A stretch of 64,000 nucleotides of DNA, taken from positions 20,398,001-20,462,000 of the forward strand of contig NC_059429.1 of NCBI RefSeq assembly GCF_021028975.2, given 5' to 3'. Shown in pieces: positions 1 to 12,444 of this stretch (within the stretch, counting starts at the first letter, position 1; every line of letters starts with the position of its first letter). The notes under the pieces were generated by a model that saw only the letters and a list, made by a program, of their open reading frames with translations, searched no databases and was not told where the DNA came from. Made by a program: the position numbers and the translations under genes. This DNA comes from Sphaerodactylus townsendi (lineage: Eukaryota).

Positions 1-420
1 CAGGCCCGTCCCACCCCCGCCGCCGCCCTTGGCCACGCCCCGGAGGGTCCCCACCCGCCGGCCTCCTGCAGGGCGCGCCCCGAGGAGGCTGCAGCAGCAG
101 TCGCCTTTGCAACGGAGCCTCCTCCCCCTCCCCACGAACCCCCTTGCTGCGGAAAGGAACCTGTGCTCACAGCAGGAGAGCTCCAGCCGCCCTCCCCCCC
201 CCCAATTGGTCCAGTGGTTCGTGGGACTGTAGTACGGGTCTGGATTCTGCACAGCGCCGGGCGCACGTGTTCATCGCAAGCGCGGCGGTTGCAAACTTGG
301 CTTTTAAGTGCAAAACTTTGTGCAAAACTTAAGTGGAAAACTTTGCAAAGAAAGCCTGTGGTTGGAGCGGCGCTGATGCAGCCGACTCGGGGGGAGGCAA
401 GGCGGGCAAATGAATGAGAT
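1..420. promoter_or_regulatory. CpG-island-like segment at the window edge, probably part of a neighbouring gene (not identified)
   Basis: Very GC- and CpG-rich, with GC boxes, an E-box CACGTG (~264) and a GGGACTGTAGT motif (~223). No recognisable coding sequence. Confidence 0.45.
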
Positions 421-463
421 CCCCATATGCCAATAAAGGTCGTTTGATTGAATGAGATCCACC

Positions 464-658
464 CAGAGGTGGGATCCAACCAGTTCTCACCACTTCTCTA
501 GAAGTGGTTGCTAATTTTTTCTGAGTTCCGAGAAGGGGTTACTAAAGCAACCTCCTTGCCCAATAGGGACTGGAGGGGCGTGCGTGCAGCAGCGGCGCCA
601 CTGTTTGAATCCCACCACCATCTGAACCTGTTATTAAAATTTTTGGATCCCATCACTG
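464..658. mobile_element. Non-autonomous hAT element, short copy of the CAGAGGTGGGATCC family
   Basis: TIRs CAGAGGTGGGATCC...GGATCCCATCACTG. Perfect 8-bp TSD GATCCACC at 456-463 and 659-666. Confidence 0.9.
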
Positions 659-2489
659 GATCCACCCGCCTTGGGTGATACAGGATCTCGCTCTGCTTTC
701 CCAGGCCGAGCTGCTTCCATTAATTAAATTAATTAACGAGAGGCCGGGCAGGGTTCTCCCCCCCCCCCCCCCATGCTTGCTTTCCATCATGCCAGGAGAA
801 GCTTGCCCTGTTGAGTTCCTAGGGATCGGCCTGTTGCCCGAGGCACAAGAAATAAATGAATCTCCCTCTAATCTACCCTGTGTTGCAGCTTTCTTTGTTT
901 ATTTCTTCGTTGCATTTAATATATCGCCCACCCCCCGAAGGGCTCTGGGCGGTGCACAAAGATAAAAACCAGGACAATGTTATTACAATAATTTAAAGCA
1001 GAATGATTAGAATAACTTCATAACAATAAGAACCAAACCTCGGATGGCAACTCAGAGAAAAGGACCTCCCACCCTCATAGGAGGGGACTAGGTATACCAA
1101 TAATGGCAACCAGTGAGGATGGTATACAGGGGTCAAACTCCATCCATAAACGTGTTCGGCTGCTCTTGAGAATGGCAAATGGTAATGGCGAGATCAGAAG
1201 TCCTGTCTGTCTCTCTTTCCCCCCTTCTAGCAGCAGGTGCTATCAGGCTGGGCTGTCTGGAAACAAGAAGCCAAATTAGATCAACCCACCTTGATCCCAA
1301 TCCTGCAGAACTCTCCTTCCCTTTTTAGCTACATATAAGTTTTTATCCGTAAATATGAACTGTGAGAACGAAGGATAGAGCCTCCATGTTCCAAGGCAGT
1401 CTGCCCCAAATCCTAGGTGTCAGCAACAACGAGGCTGGGGGCGGGGAAAAGGCCTTCCTGCCCTGTTTGTCAGCTTTGGGGAGGAATCTGGCGAGCCCTG
1501 TGGACTTGAATCCAGTGGGCTCTTCTTATAACATGAAAGGCAGGAAATGAGAGTTTCCGGGGGGGGGGGGGGGTTTATGAGGCATTGGAGGTGAGGGAGA
1601 ATACAGCCTTGTGAGGATTTAAAGACTAAGGGATTTCTTGCAGCATGAATTGTTTGGGGGGCTCCTCTTCCCGAGCTGGTTAGTTGGCTGACTTGGCTCC
1701 TCTGGATTTGGCTGTCAAGAGATGCAAGGAACCCGTCAGTCTCTGTACCATCAATGCTCTGCCCTTGTGGAGAGCTGGATTCCCACCAGCATCAGCCAGG
1801 AGAAAGGACAGAGCATCGAACTGAGTCGGATTGGACTCCAGGAGTTGGACCCTGTCTCCAGGCACCCATGCGGAAGGCTCGGCTTTAAAGGTAACCGTTT
1901 GCTCACCTATTCAGTGGGAGATAGCCGCTTTAATTTGAACAAGCTCTTTCTGGGTTAATTGTTCCAGACATTGTTTTATTTTTATAATAGGCAAGCTGCA
2001 GCCGGTGCTTGTCTGTCTGTGTTTGCAGGCACAATCCTAAACGAACAACTCTGTTCTTAATACCAACTTTTTGAGTTCTTCATGGGAAGGGAGAAACACT
2101 AGACACCAGAAAGGCAACGGGGAGGACTGTCTGTGTCCTTTAAATTTTTGTTGTTAAAACCTCCCGATCGGCAAAGAGTTCTGGAGAAGCTAAACGTCTG
2201 CTCTAAGTTTTGTGTGATTTCTGAGTTCTCTGTGACTTTTTTGCTTTCTCTAGAACTCTTTGACTGTCAAGGGGGGGAGAAACTTTAGACACTTAAAACA
2301 TGTTTTTTCCTCTCCTTTTAAAAACGTCCTGACTGATGGAAGAATTGTGCAGAAACTGAAAGGTTGCACAATCTTGTGTAATAAAATGCATAATAATAAA
2401 AGTTATTGCATGACCTTTCGCTCGTCTCTGAAAATTCCACTCAGGATTGAGAAATCCACCCAGGATTGATAAAGCAAACCATCCAGCCG

Positions 2490-2670
2490 TGTATCCTATT
2501 TTCCCATCTTGAAGCTCAAGACAGTGTTCTCCCTGATTTCATTCTCACAACAACCCTGTGAGGTCAGACAGGTTGAGACCATGTGACTGTCTCAGATTAT
2601 CCAATGAGTTCATTGCTGAGCAGGAATTTGAACCCAGGCCTTCAGATTCCTCACCAAACTCTCAACCTTG
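2490..2670 (-). mobile_element. Degenerate tRNA-derived (MIR-like) SINE
   Basis: CTCACAACAACCCTGTGAGG body and a reverse-complement B-box (TTTGAACCCAGG). Confidence 0.6.
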
Positions 2671-3774
2671 GCAATGTTCAGGTGACTCTCTTTTGATTGT
2701 TTCCAATAACTTAAGGGGAAAAAATCAAGACAAGAATGCCTCAGAGTATACACAGAGTGTGCTTTCCGTTCCAAAGCTGGAACAAGTAGATATAGCATGA
2801 GCCAAGGGCTTCTTTTGCACAAGGGCTGAGAACGGGTTGAGAAATAAAAAATGGTCAGGAAGAGATATGTGAAGAAATTAGCCACTGGAGAAGTTACAGA
2901 AGTAGCCCTGCGTTCTAATGTCACAGCAAACCCTCTGGCTTTCAAGGGGACATACACAGGAAGGCCCTTCCACAGTTAATGCGCAACTGTGTTAACTTGC
3001 TCCTAAGATGTTCTCATTAAGAAGTCCCTGGCCGGATCAGACAAAGTGCCACATTCTTTCTTTGTGAGAACCTCAGCAAGGAAGTCTCCTGGAAAGGATC
3101 CAGCGGTGGTCGCATGATCAGGGCCGTGAGCGGCAAAATTGCACCTAAGCCATTTCCAAACAGCGAGAGCCTTTGTGCAACAGACAATGGCATCTTTCAT
3201 GCGTGTGGTGCACGTTCCTCTTCACTAGGCCCACATTGCCTCATTGCTATGGAATAGTATGCCAAGTTCCTGGGCATGCATTCTCTCGGGGATCTCTGCC
3301 GTGTCACGCAAGGCAACGCAGCAAAAGGTGCTCGCGTGAAAGGAGATGGAAGCACCAAGGTTTAGTCAGTGGTTGAGGAAACCAGTGCAGCCCTCCTAAT
3401 TAGGGAGGAATCTTGAATTACGGAATGACGAGGAAACTGGCAAGCCCACCAAATGACAGGATCAACCCCCTATTTTTCAGCCACTGCACGCTCCCCTTCA
3501 AAACCGTGCACTCGTTTTTTATTCAACGCAGATGTCTGCAAGCAGGCTAAATGTGAAATTGACGCTTACACTCTTTGACACCCCATCATTAAGTATGGAC
3601 ACACCTGAGATGATATAGAAAATTGCCCCTACTGTTGTCTCAGTCACAAAGCTTCATGCATTACACTTGTAACAGATGAAGCTTGTAGGACAATACTGAG
3701 GAATCAAGAACTGTACTGAGGAATCAAGATTTGTACTCTTAACCTTCCCCCCCCCCCCAAGCTTTAGACCAAGC

Positions 3775-3921
3775 CAGGGGTCTGCAACCTGGGCTCTCCA
3801 GATGTTCATGGACTACAATTCCCATCAGCCCCTGCCAGCTAGGCCAATTGGCCATGCTGGTTGGGATTGATGGGAGCTATAGTCCATGAACATCTGGAGA
3901 GCCACAGGTCGCAGACCCCTG
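3775..3921. mobile_element. Palindromic hAT MITE (ACTACAATTCCCA family)
   Basis: The element is one long inverted repeat, CAGGGGTCTGCAACCTG...CAGGTCGCAGACCCCTG. 8-bp TSD GACCAAGC on both sides. Confidence 0.92.
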
Positions 3922-4298
3922 GACCAAGCAAACTGTTCACACCACCTAAGAGATGTTCTGCTAGAACACCAATGTTTTGCATTTGTGAAAACCATGTTAG
4001 GTATGATGCCTCCATGCCAGTAAAGGAAGGGGCCACATTCAGATTGTATTTGCAGTAGTAGTTCAGGGTTGTGGCCCAGTAATAATCTGCCTGCCACATA
4101 GCAGGTCCGTGGTTCACAAGGGCTGGGCATCTCCAGTTACAAGAATCAGCTAGCTGGGGATGGGAAAAGGCCAGCCTGAGACCTTAGACAGCGGCTGACT
4201 TTTGGACTATTAGTCTGACTCTGTAGAAGACAGCTTCGTGTATTCAGTTATGCTTGCCCCACTTCTTCAAATGGCAAGAGGTTCCAGAGGCTAGCACA

Positions 4299-4835
4299 TA
4301 GAACCAAAGAATCATAGGCAGATTCCCCATGGGCCAAAAACAGCGGTGTGAAAACGGTGTAAACCCTTTTACACTGCTTTAAACCCTTTTACATTGTTTT
4401 CACACTGCTGTTTTTGGCCCAGGTGGAATCTGCCGTAGAGTTGGAAGAGACCACAAAGGCCATCTAGTCCAACCCCCTGCTCAATGCAGGATTCACCCAA
4501 AGCCATTCTTGACAAGTGTTTGCCAAGCCACTGTTTGAAGGCTGCTGGGGGTGGTGGGGAGGAACGCTCACAGCTCCCAAGGGCCATGGTGGAGAACCTA
4601 TGGCACTCCAGATGTTCATGGACTACAGTTCCCATCATCCCCTGCCAGCATCTAACAGGCACCTTACCACCCATAATTTAAACCCATTATTGTGAGTCCT
4701 ATCTCCCGCTGCCAACAGGAACAGCTCCCTGCCCTCCTTTGATAGCCTTTCAAATACATAGAGAGCAATCATGCCCCCCCCCCCTTCTCATCTCCAGACA
4801 AAACATTCCCAAGTCCCTCAGCCTCTCTTCACAGG
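4299..4835 (-). mobile_element. CR1 LINE 3' fragment interrupted by two MITEs
   Basis: AGAATCATAGAGTTGGAAGAGACC-type CR1 tail. The minus frame gives CEERLRDLGMFCLEMRR, a CR1 ORF2 C-terminal motif. A partial hAT MITE lies at ~4584-4651. Confidence 0.8.
4317..4434. mobile_element. Palindromic MITE, probably PIF/Harbinger-like, nested in the CR1 tail
   Basis: GGCAGATTCC...GGAATCTGCC with near-complete internal self-complementarity. 3-bp flanks ATA/GTA. Confidence 0.75.
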
Positions 4836-4946
4836 AGAAGAGCTTTGGTCCTACGCAGGCCCCGGTCATCACTTTGCCATTTTTCCGTTTCGCGCCTGCT
4901 CCCGTTCTTAATCCAAGCATCCATTCTTGAAGGTAAAAGCACCGAG

Positions 4947-5245
4947 AGGGAGCCAGTGTGGCGTGAGTGAGGTTAAGAGCATGATGTGGATTCTCTGGAT
5001 CTGGAGAACGGGGTTTGATTCCCCACTCCTCCACCTGAGTGGCTGAGGCTTATCTGGTGAACCAGATGTGTTTCTGCACTCCTGCTGGGTGACCTTGGAT
5101 GTTCTTTGGAACTCTTTCAGCCCCACCTGCCTCACAAGGTGTCTGTTGTGGGGAGAGGAGGGGAAAAGGAGCTTCTAAGCCACCTTGAATCTCCTACAGA
5201 AGAGAAAGGTGGGGTATAAATCCAAGCTCTACTACTACTTCTTCT
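4947..5245 (+). mobile_element. tRNA-derived squamate SINE (Squam3-like)
   Basis: A-box and B-box head (GTTTGATTCCCC), body shared with other copies in the window, simple-repeat tail. Confidence 0.85.
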
Positions 5246-5919
5246 AAATGTCCAAAATGTGTTCATGTAAAGCAATACCACCCCCTCCTGGCGACCAGGA
5301 GGATAGCAACTCCAAATATTTCAGAACTACTGGAGTCACTCACTACATGTTCATGATGGGAGGGAAACTGTACTGGTTAAACAGCCAACTCTGTGTTAAA
5401 GGTACTGCCTTGACACACCTTCAAGACACATCAGCATTACACTGGCAGAGGGCTTTTGGGTCATCATAAGATATTCAGCTGCTTCCTAAAATTTGGCCAG
5501 ATGACATCTGCCTGACCCCCGCTGATATATCACACACATGATTCCGTGTGGCAGCATTTCTCTTTGCCTCCTCCCTCACCCCAGCAGCTTCTTCTAAAAC
5601 ACTAGTCTACTACCTTCATGCATCGCTACACAGATAACCCAAGGAACAAATGTTTGCTACTGGTCCAGTAACGATGTGAGGTCCTGCGGGGACATCTTGC
5701 TAAGCAAGTCACTGCTTACTACACTTATTGGAACCACAATGATTATCCTTCTCAGCCAGAGGGTAAGGATGCCATCTTACCCAAAGCCCCACCCCGCAGA
5801 CCTCTGCACTCTCACAGGCCATTTTAAATCACAGCAGCACTGGCCACTTAGGCAAGCTACAACCCCATCTGCCTTAATGGGGATTTCTGGGAGATCTCCT
5901 CCAGACACAACACACCACA

Positions 5920-8900
5920 GACAGGTAAAATGCAAAACATTTATTGGTGTGTGTTGTACAAAAAGGCTTCCAGTCATAAAATGTAAATTACAAATCATTT
6001 TTTTAAAAATACAAGACATTTGGCATGCATATTCATAAAGTTTTTTTTTTAAAAAACACCCTGGTGAAATGGAGAAGTCTAGATTGCGCGTTCTCACAGA
6101 CCCGTGCGGTAGCCAGCTTGCTTTGTGGCGCTGAGCCCTTTCCAACATGTTTTCAGATGGCGAATTAAGGTAACCAAAGGCCATGCAAGCGTCCAAACCA
6201 TAGCCTTTGCTTTTAAAAAATTAGTGAAAATATAGCCTTTGCTTTTAAAAAAATTAGTGAAAAATGCATCATATACACAAAAGTATACTTGCAACAGGAG
6301 AAGATTGAGTACAAAATGTGTCACAATCTTCCTCCTCCTCCCACAGAGCTTATTGCTTTGTAAACTTAGTGTAACTCAAGAGCGAAGCTGTGTTTCTCTT
6401 GCAAAATGAGGGTCTGAGCAGCATGGCTTTGCCACTCATTTCCCTTCATCCACAGTGCGTGGGATTCCCGCAAAACACGGATTTACAGTGAATAAGGGTT
6501 GCCTTCATGGGTCACACCCAGAACCTGGATATGGCAGTAGTGGAACAAACCTTCCATCTTAGGCGTCAACAGGAAGATGAATTGTGGGGTGGGGTTGTGT
6601 ATGCGCAGCCTCAACCAACGGGAGTCCGGTGCTTTGTGCATCGATCGGCAGTGTGCTCTCTAGACTTCCACGTTTCAACAAGGCATTTTTACCTTTACAT
6701 GTAAATCATACATAGGAAAAAATGTACATAAAAAAGATGTAAAGCTAGGCATATTTCAAAGGGCAAAGAAAATTCTGCTTCTCAGGTCACACCCAAAAAC
6801 AAACCTGCTGTCCCCCCTCCTCCCCCGGATCTATTTCAACTTAGGTCTTGTACTGGCAAGAAAAGTAGCCCACTTAAATTTGAGATTAAAAGGAACAAAA
6901 AAAACAGGCGGAGAGAAGACTCACTTTCCTATTCAGCTATTGGCTCCTACTCCCTTATTTTGGTGGCAGGCCGAGACAGGGGAAGAGGTTACCTCGCTGC
7001 ATGGTGGGCTGCTTGAAAGGAAACAGGGGGAGAACACTATACAGATCACAGCCAAAGGCCTTTCTTTCTCAGCTATACACTGTACATTCCGTGGCAGCAC
7101 CAGCCCTTAAAAACTGCATGCTTTCAGATGGACCCAGTGATTCCCCTACAAGACTATAGTGTTTGTGTGTGTTTGGGGAGGTGGGCTGGGGGACGACAGC
7201 AGCACTTGGCTTTATTTAAAGTAGCACTGGAGGACATGCTATGTTCATGGTAGAACAGAGGGGAGGGCAGAAACAAATCCTGGCCAGGGTTGAAGAACTA
7301 ATGTTAATTTGAGACTTCTGGCTCAGAAAGTCATGGGAACGCGAGCTTAGCTGCAGGATCCCAACAGTGAAAACGCCAGCACAGCTGCAATTTAACTGAA
7401 GAGGTAATGGGATCCAGTAAACCCAGGTAGACATCTTACGGTACGAAACATCAAACATAAGCTTTCTGAATGGAAAAGGTTTAAGAATGCAAAGCGCTGG
7501 ACAGCAGTGCACCCAAATACATCCTGAATGAACAGGCATACACCAGCTTGTAAGAGAGAACCAATGCACGTTCACCTGATAAATTAAACTGAGGACCAGC
7601 GCCTGCATAAATGCATGGCTTGCGGCTATGTGCTGAACATGGGAATTACTCAGCACATGTATAAAGTAAAGTGTATGCTGTCCATGCACCGTATGTTTAT
7701 GACAACTTGTGAGCAAGGCTCCTGATTTCAGCTTGATTTAAGTCTTGTCCCTTATAATGCATGGAGACCCAACACACAGAAAGGGGGGAAGATATTACAG
7801 GGACAGAATTCCAGGGGGCCACCCCACCCTGTGGGCCCACACAGCCTAAGACACACTTTTATAGTTTTGGATTGGATCTTGAATCATCTTGGTCTCAGCA
7901 GCCCTACAAGCATCCCGAGACCCACATGAGGTGGCTTCCCCTTTTTTCAGCTAATGACTTCTCCAGGGTCAATAAAAGTAAAACTATTCTGCAACAAAAG
8001 CTTTAAGAAATGACAGCAGATTATATACATGTCTCCAGAGGTCCTCTTCCCCATTCTCAAACAGAGAATCTGCACGAATTACGATGGAGACAGTAGGGGA
8101 GGGCATAATCTTGGGAGGTAGATCCACAAAACAGAGTCAAGCATCTTGGAGATGCCAGCTCGAGGGATGGGGAATGGCTCAGACCGCATTTGCTCAGCTG
8201 CCTGCTTAACTCAGCCTATTTTAAGTAGTATGTTTGCACTGAATGGCACATTCACATCTTCAGGGCAATTTTAAGAAAATCACAGGAGCATGGGAATGAC
8301 TGGCCAGAGTCAAGGACGTCAAGCCTCTATAAATCTTGTAGTAGATAAGGCTCAGAGAGGAAGGGGGGAGCCAATGGTTAAGAACAACCCAGGAAAAGCA
8401 GCCTCCCCCCTGTGCCGGCCTGTGGCAGGCTGTAAAGAGGTAGGCGAAGCAGTTTTTGGGTTTGCCTGAGAAGCACAATTTTTAAGTTAAAAGGATAAGC
8501 ATGTTCAACTACATTTTCAGCCAACTATTCCAGCTGAGTGGGAAGATTATATATGGGAGAGACAAAAGTGACTGACTTTTGTTCCAGATCTTTTGCACAA
8601 ATGGCTCATAAAAGAAGAAATGTCATCAGAGTCTCTAAATCTAAACACAGAATTCAACATTGGTAGTCATCAACCCATCGGGCGGCATTGAAGTGTGAGT
8701 GGAAATCATATCGGGACCTTCAATATCTTCTTTTAAAATATAAAAGGTCAACATGTCATTTCCAAGAGACATTCGTTCCCGCCCAGCCCACCCTGCAGCT
8801 AAGCCCTTAAGAAGTAGCTAGGTCATTCTTAGTCGATCTAAATGTTCTGTGATCGTAATATCCAGCCGTCACCAACCCCCCCGCCCCCCCCCCACTACCT

Positions 8901-11005
8901 CAGCCACACTGTGCAGCAAGCCGGACACAGAAGCAGCGTGGTCAGTATCACATGGGAGTCAAATTAACAGGGCAGGGCTCTGTTCCATTTACATCACTAT
9001 AAAGCAAAAGTCACTGCCTCTGGTCTGCCTGCATGTTTTACATCCTGTTAAAAGTTCTACTGGCCCAATTAACTAGCTCTCTGGAAACCCGCTTCTCTGA
9101 CGGTCCTTTCAACAAGGCACGCTTACCCCTGACTGAAAAAATCACAGGATGACTTTCAGTGTTCTGAAAACCACCATCACAGATCTGATGTACCGCCACG
9201 CCGTTCTGCAGAGGCAGTCGAGAGCCAGTGGATGATGGGATGTTGGGCCAAGAGTGATGTCCACGTGCATGAAGCACAGTTCCCATGCTATGACTTTTGC
9301 ACAAAGGTTTTTTTTTTTAAAAAAGCAGTAGCAACCAGAAGCGGCCCTGAGCGAGCTTTGATGCCAAGTGTCCAAAAAGAAAAGGGGAGATGCCAGGCAC
9401 AAAGCTCAGGATCTTTCTGCCAACTGGTAAACTGCAATAAATTAAAACTTCAACCATCCGTCCCCACAGGAACAGACGGTGATTTCAGTTTTGTTCAACT
9501 AAAGAGCACACAACTAAAGCAGGGATGAGAATTTCAGTGTCTTTCCTATCAGAATTTGCAAGATTCAGATTTGGCGGGACTGACTTCAGTGGCCTGGTGG
9601 GATTTTTTTCAGCTAAAAACAATCAGGTGTCAGCGTTGGCAGACTGAATTTCAGCGCAGGATTATTTTTCGCTAAATCTTGGTTTCAAACGCCAGCTTTG
9701 TTTTTCCTTCCTTTCTTGCAAGCGGCACAGCGTTAACTGTCGTGCTAAGATGATGCACAGAATTTTACAAACAGGTCTAAAAGCTTACGCTTCCAAGCTG
9801 CATTCCCTGTGAATTCAGGGGCATGGGGAGGACCTGCCCAGAGTGAAGGTCCCCATAACCCTTCTTGCAAGGAAAAATGCGTTCGAGAATTCCACGTCAA
9901 GCATGTTTCAACACCCACGTTGGTGCATGATTTTTGAGACATTCAATCTGCGTCCAGTCCGGGAGCGCCTGCTTAAAGCGAACTGTAGCCCTACAGCCGG
10001 GTAAACCTGCCAAAGTGCGCATCTGCAGCGGTATGCAAGGGCAAGGGACACAGTTACAACCATGGGATACAGTGTGTGTCCCCCCTCCCCATGCATTCAT
10101 CTGCTGCTTTATCCACCAATGGCAAAGGCAGCACTAGAGGAACATGGTGGTTAGAAGCAGAGGCGGCGGGGAGGTATCCAGAATCATGAAAGTTGCTGGG
10201 CTGGTCAAGTGCAGCAGTTATTCAACAGCTAACAATTGATATATATTGTTGGTTTTTGTCAAGAGAATCTATTCGGGCCTGAGCTAGACACACAAGCATG
10301 TCCTTCTGGGTAAGACACAAGTATCAGGATTTACCTGTTGAGGAACTAAGACATCTTCGACCAGCGTTGCAGGATGAGGGCACCAACAAAAAGCAACAGC
10401 TGTGCCTTAGGGAAGAAGACCCACCTGCTTATCTTATAAACATTCCAATTCTGCAGCATTAGTTGATCTCTTCCTCACACAGCATCTGGCCGGCTACAGC
10501 TAGAGAGGTGGAATGCTGAAACCGACAGACCCTGGGTACAATCCAGCAAAAGTGCCTGACCACACTGCACACTTTAGGTACACGTAGCTCAACAGAGCAC
10601 AAGAGCGGCAGGTGCAGAAACCTTCAAATGGAGGCAGGAAATGCTGAAGCCTCCATTCATTGCCAAGGATTCTGAAGCCATGTTGGGGTTAAGTCGCGAC
10701 AGCATGAACGTGCACTTATGGGACCTTCTGGCTCCTAGGTCAAATGCGAAGGTCTTTTTTAAAAAATGGGAAATCTTGCAGCACTGGGGTACCGGGGAGA
10801 GATGAAGAAAAAGCCCAGGAAACCATGACCGTTCTGGCCAAATGAACACTTCCTTTAAAAATTAAGACCGCAGAATCGATTCTTTAAAAAAAACAAAACT
10901 CTAGTGACATATAAAAATAGTATTCAGTGGCTCTGGACAAAATCAACAAAATGAAACAAAAAAAAGGGGGAAAGGAAAGAAGAAGAACAGCAAAGATCTT
11001 TCCTT
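5920..11005 (-). other. LMNB2: LMNB2 3' UTR (~5.1 kb)
   Basis: Follows the TGA at 11006 and is nearly free of transposons. Ends at an AATAAA (minus strand, 5940-5945) preceded by TGTA motifs. A second AATAAA lies at 7211-7216. Confidence 0.7.
5940..5945 (-). terminator. LMNB2: Distal poly(A) signal of LMNB2
   Basis: AATAAA on the minus strand, with upstream TGTA elements and downstream GT-rich sequence. Confidence 0.75.
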
Positions 11006-11047
11006 TCACATGACTGCGCATCCTCTAGAGGTCGTTTTGGGATCCCC
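11006..11047 (-). CDS. LMNB2: Lamin B2 coding exon 12 (GDPKTTSRGCAVM*, CaaX box)
   Basis: Polypyrimidine tract and TAG acceptor, 42 nt, CAVM followed by TGA. Confidence 0.96.
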   Translation of the reverse strand, partial: GDPKTTSRGCAVM

Positions 11048-11816
11048 CTAAAACAAAAGGAAAAGGAATTGAGTTTGGAAAAGGGACCATGAGCACCAGC
11101 TGCTCCTCTAGCTTGAGGAGAGACTCAAGGCAGTCCTCACAAGGATAAGAAAGGTAGCAGCTGAACCCGAGGGCTGCTCAACATTCTGCAGTTCCAGCAT
11201 GTGTGTGGGGAGAGACCCTGAGCCCCCAGTAAACTCCACCCCCCTTCAGCTGAAGGGCTCAAACCAGACCCTGCTCTGCAAGCCAGACTCAGTGTGCTCC
11301 TTTCTATACAGCTGCTGATTCTCCTCAGACTTGAAATGCCAACATTTCTGTTTCAGCCAGAACCTCAGTGCAGAGAACTGCGTTTGGCTGTGCTCAGCTT
11401 AAGGAAGTTCACATCAGGCAAAAGTCCTGCGGGAATCTGCAGCCAGAGGCTACGTGGACGTAGCAAAGAACCCTGCCCTGAATTTCTCACATACGGTCCA
11501 GGACTGAGAGACACAGGAAGGCGCCACATAGCAGAGGCGAAAAAGGTAATACCAACTATTAAGTGAGAAATTTGCAATGCTCATTACTGCAAAACCAGCT
11601 TCCTTTGTTAAAGGGGGGGGGGGAGAGACCACCACTCTTTCCTGCCTTCACAGCTACAGAAATGTGACATTCTGGAAACCTTAAACTTTTAACAGTTTAG
11701 AGGCCCAGTCACCCCAAAGACGGCAAAAATAGTTTGCCCCTTCCGCATCTGACAAAGAGAACTTGGAGGTTGGAGCACTCTTTTGACTGGGCAAAGCAAA
11801 ACACCCTTTGCGCTAC

Positions 11817-11918
11817 CTGCTGGTGGAAGAGGTCTTCCTCCCCAAACTCTGCCTCGTCTTCTTCCTCCTCATTCTCCCGAAGAACACTGGACTGTGTCAA
11901 GCTCCTCACGGCTACTTC
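11817..11918 (-). CDS. LMNB2: Lamin B2 exon 11 (EVAVRSLTQSSVLRENEEEEDEAEFGEEDLFHQQ)
   Basis: AG/GT boundaries, 102 nt, acidic tail of B-type lamins. Confidence 0.96.
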
Positions 11919-11954
11919 CTAAGAACGAGAGACACAAGTTGCGATGCTATGTAA

Positions 11955-12444
11955 AAACTGCACTCCGTAAGAATTGGGCACAATTGGTACATTGCATTAT
12001 ACTCTTTAAGAGGACATGACGATGTGTGGAAGACCTGGGTGCCAATTTTAAACAACTTTCTAATTCCTCAGAAATTGTATTGATCTTTTTAATGTATATC
12101 TGAAGTGTTATATCAAATTGGCTAATTATTTGTTTTTGTTTACAGACAACTGGTCTCAATCATAAAAATGTTTCAATTGTAATTTGTACCCCAGGAATTA
12201 ATACACTGTATTATTGTTTTACTTTTGACCACTGACGAAAGCCAGCAGGCCAAAATGCATCTGATTTTAAGGGTCAAAAAAGTGTGCCTTTGTATACTGT
12301 CATTGTGATATTGTATACATAAGGCAGGCTATCATGGGCCTTCTATAACACGTTGATGATTTTAATTTGTAATAAGTACATATTTTTTTGATACTCAGAG
12401 GTTTATATTTAGTGGCCCTTTTAATTACTTTTAGGTATTTAATT
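11955..12444 (+). mobile_element. AT-rich insertion, probably a Penelope-like 3' fragment, with a decayed hammerhead motif
   Basis: Flanked by a ~63-66 bp direct duplication. Contains CTGACGA-AA-GCC-AGCA-GGC-CAAAATGC at 12232-12258. Confidence 0.55.

Noticed and set aside
1-440. Naming the edge CpG island as the TIMM13 promoter
   Set aside because: Plausible from human synteny, but no TIMM13 coding sequence is in the window. A plus-strand AATAAA at 432 also allows a 3'-end interpretation.
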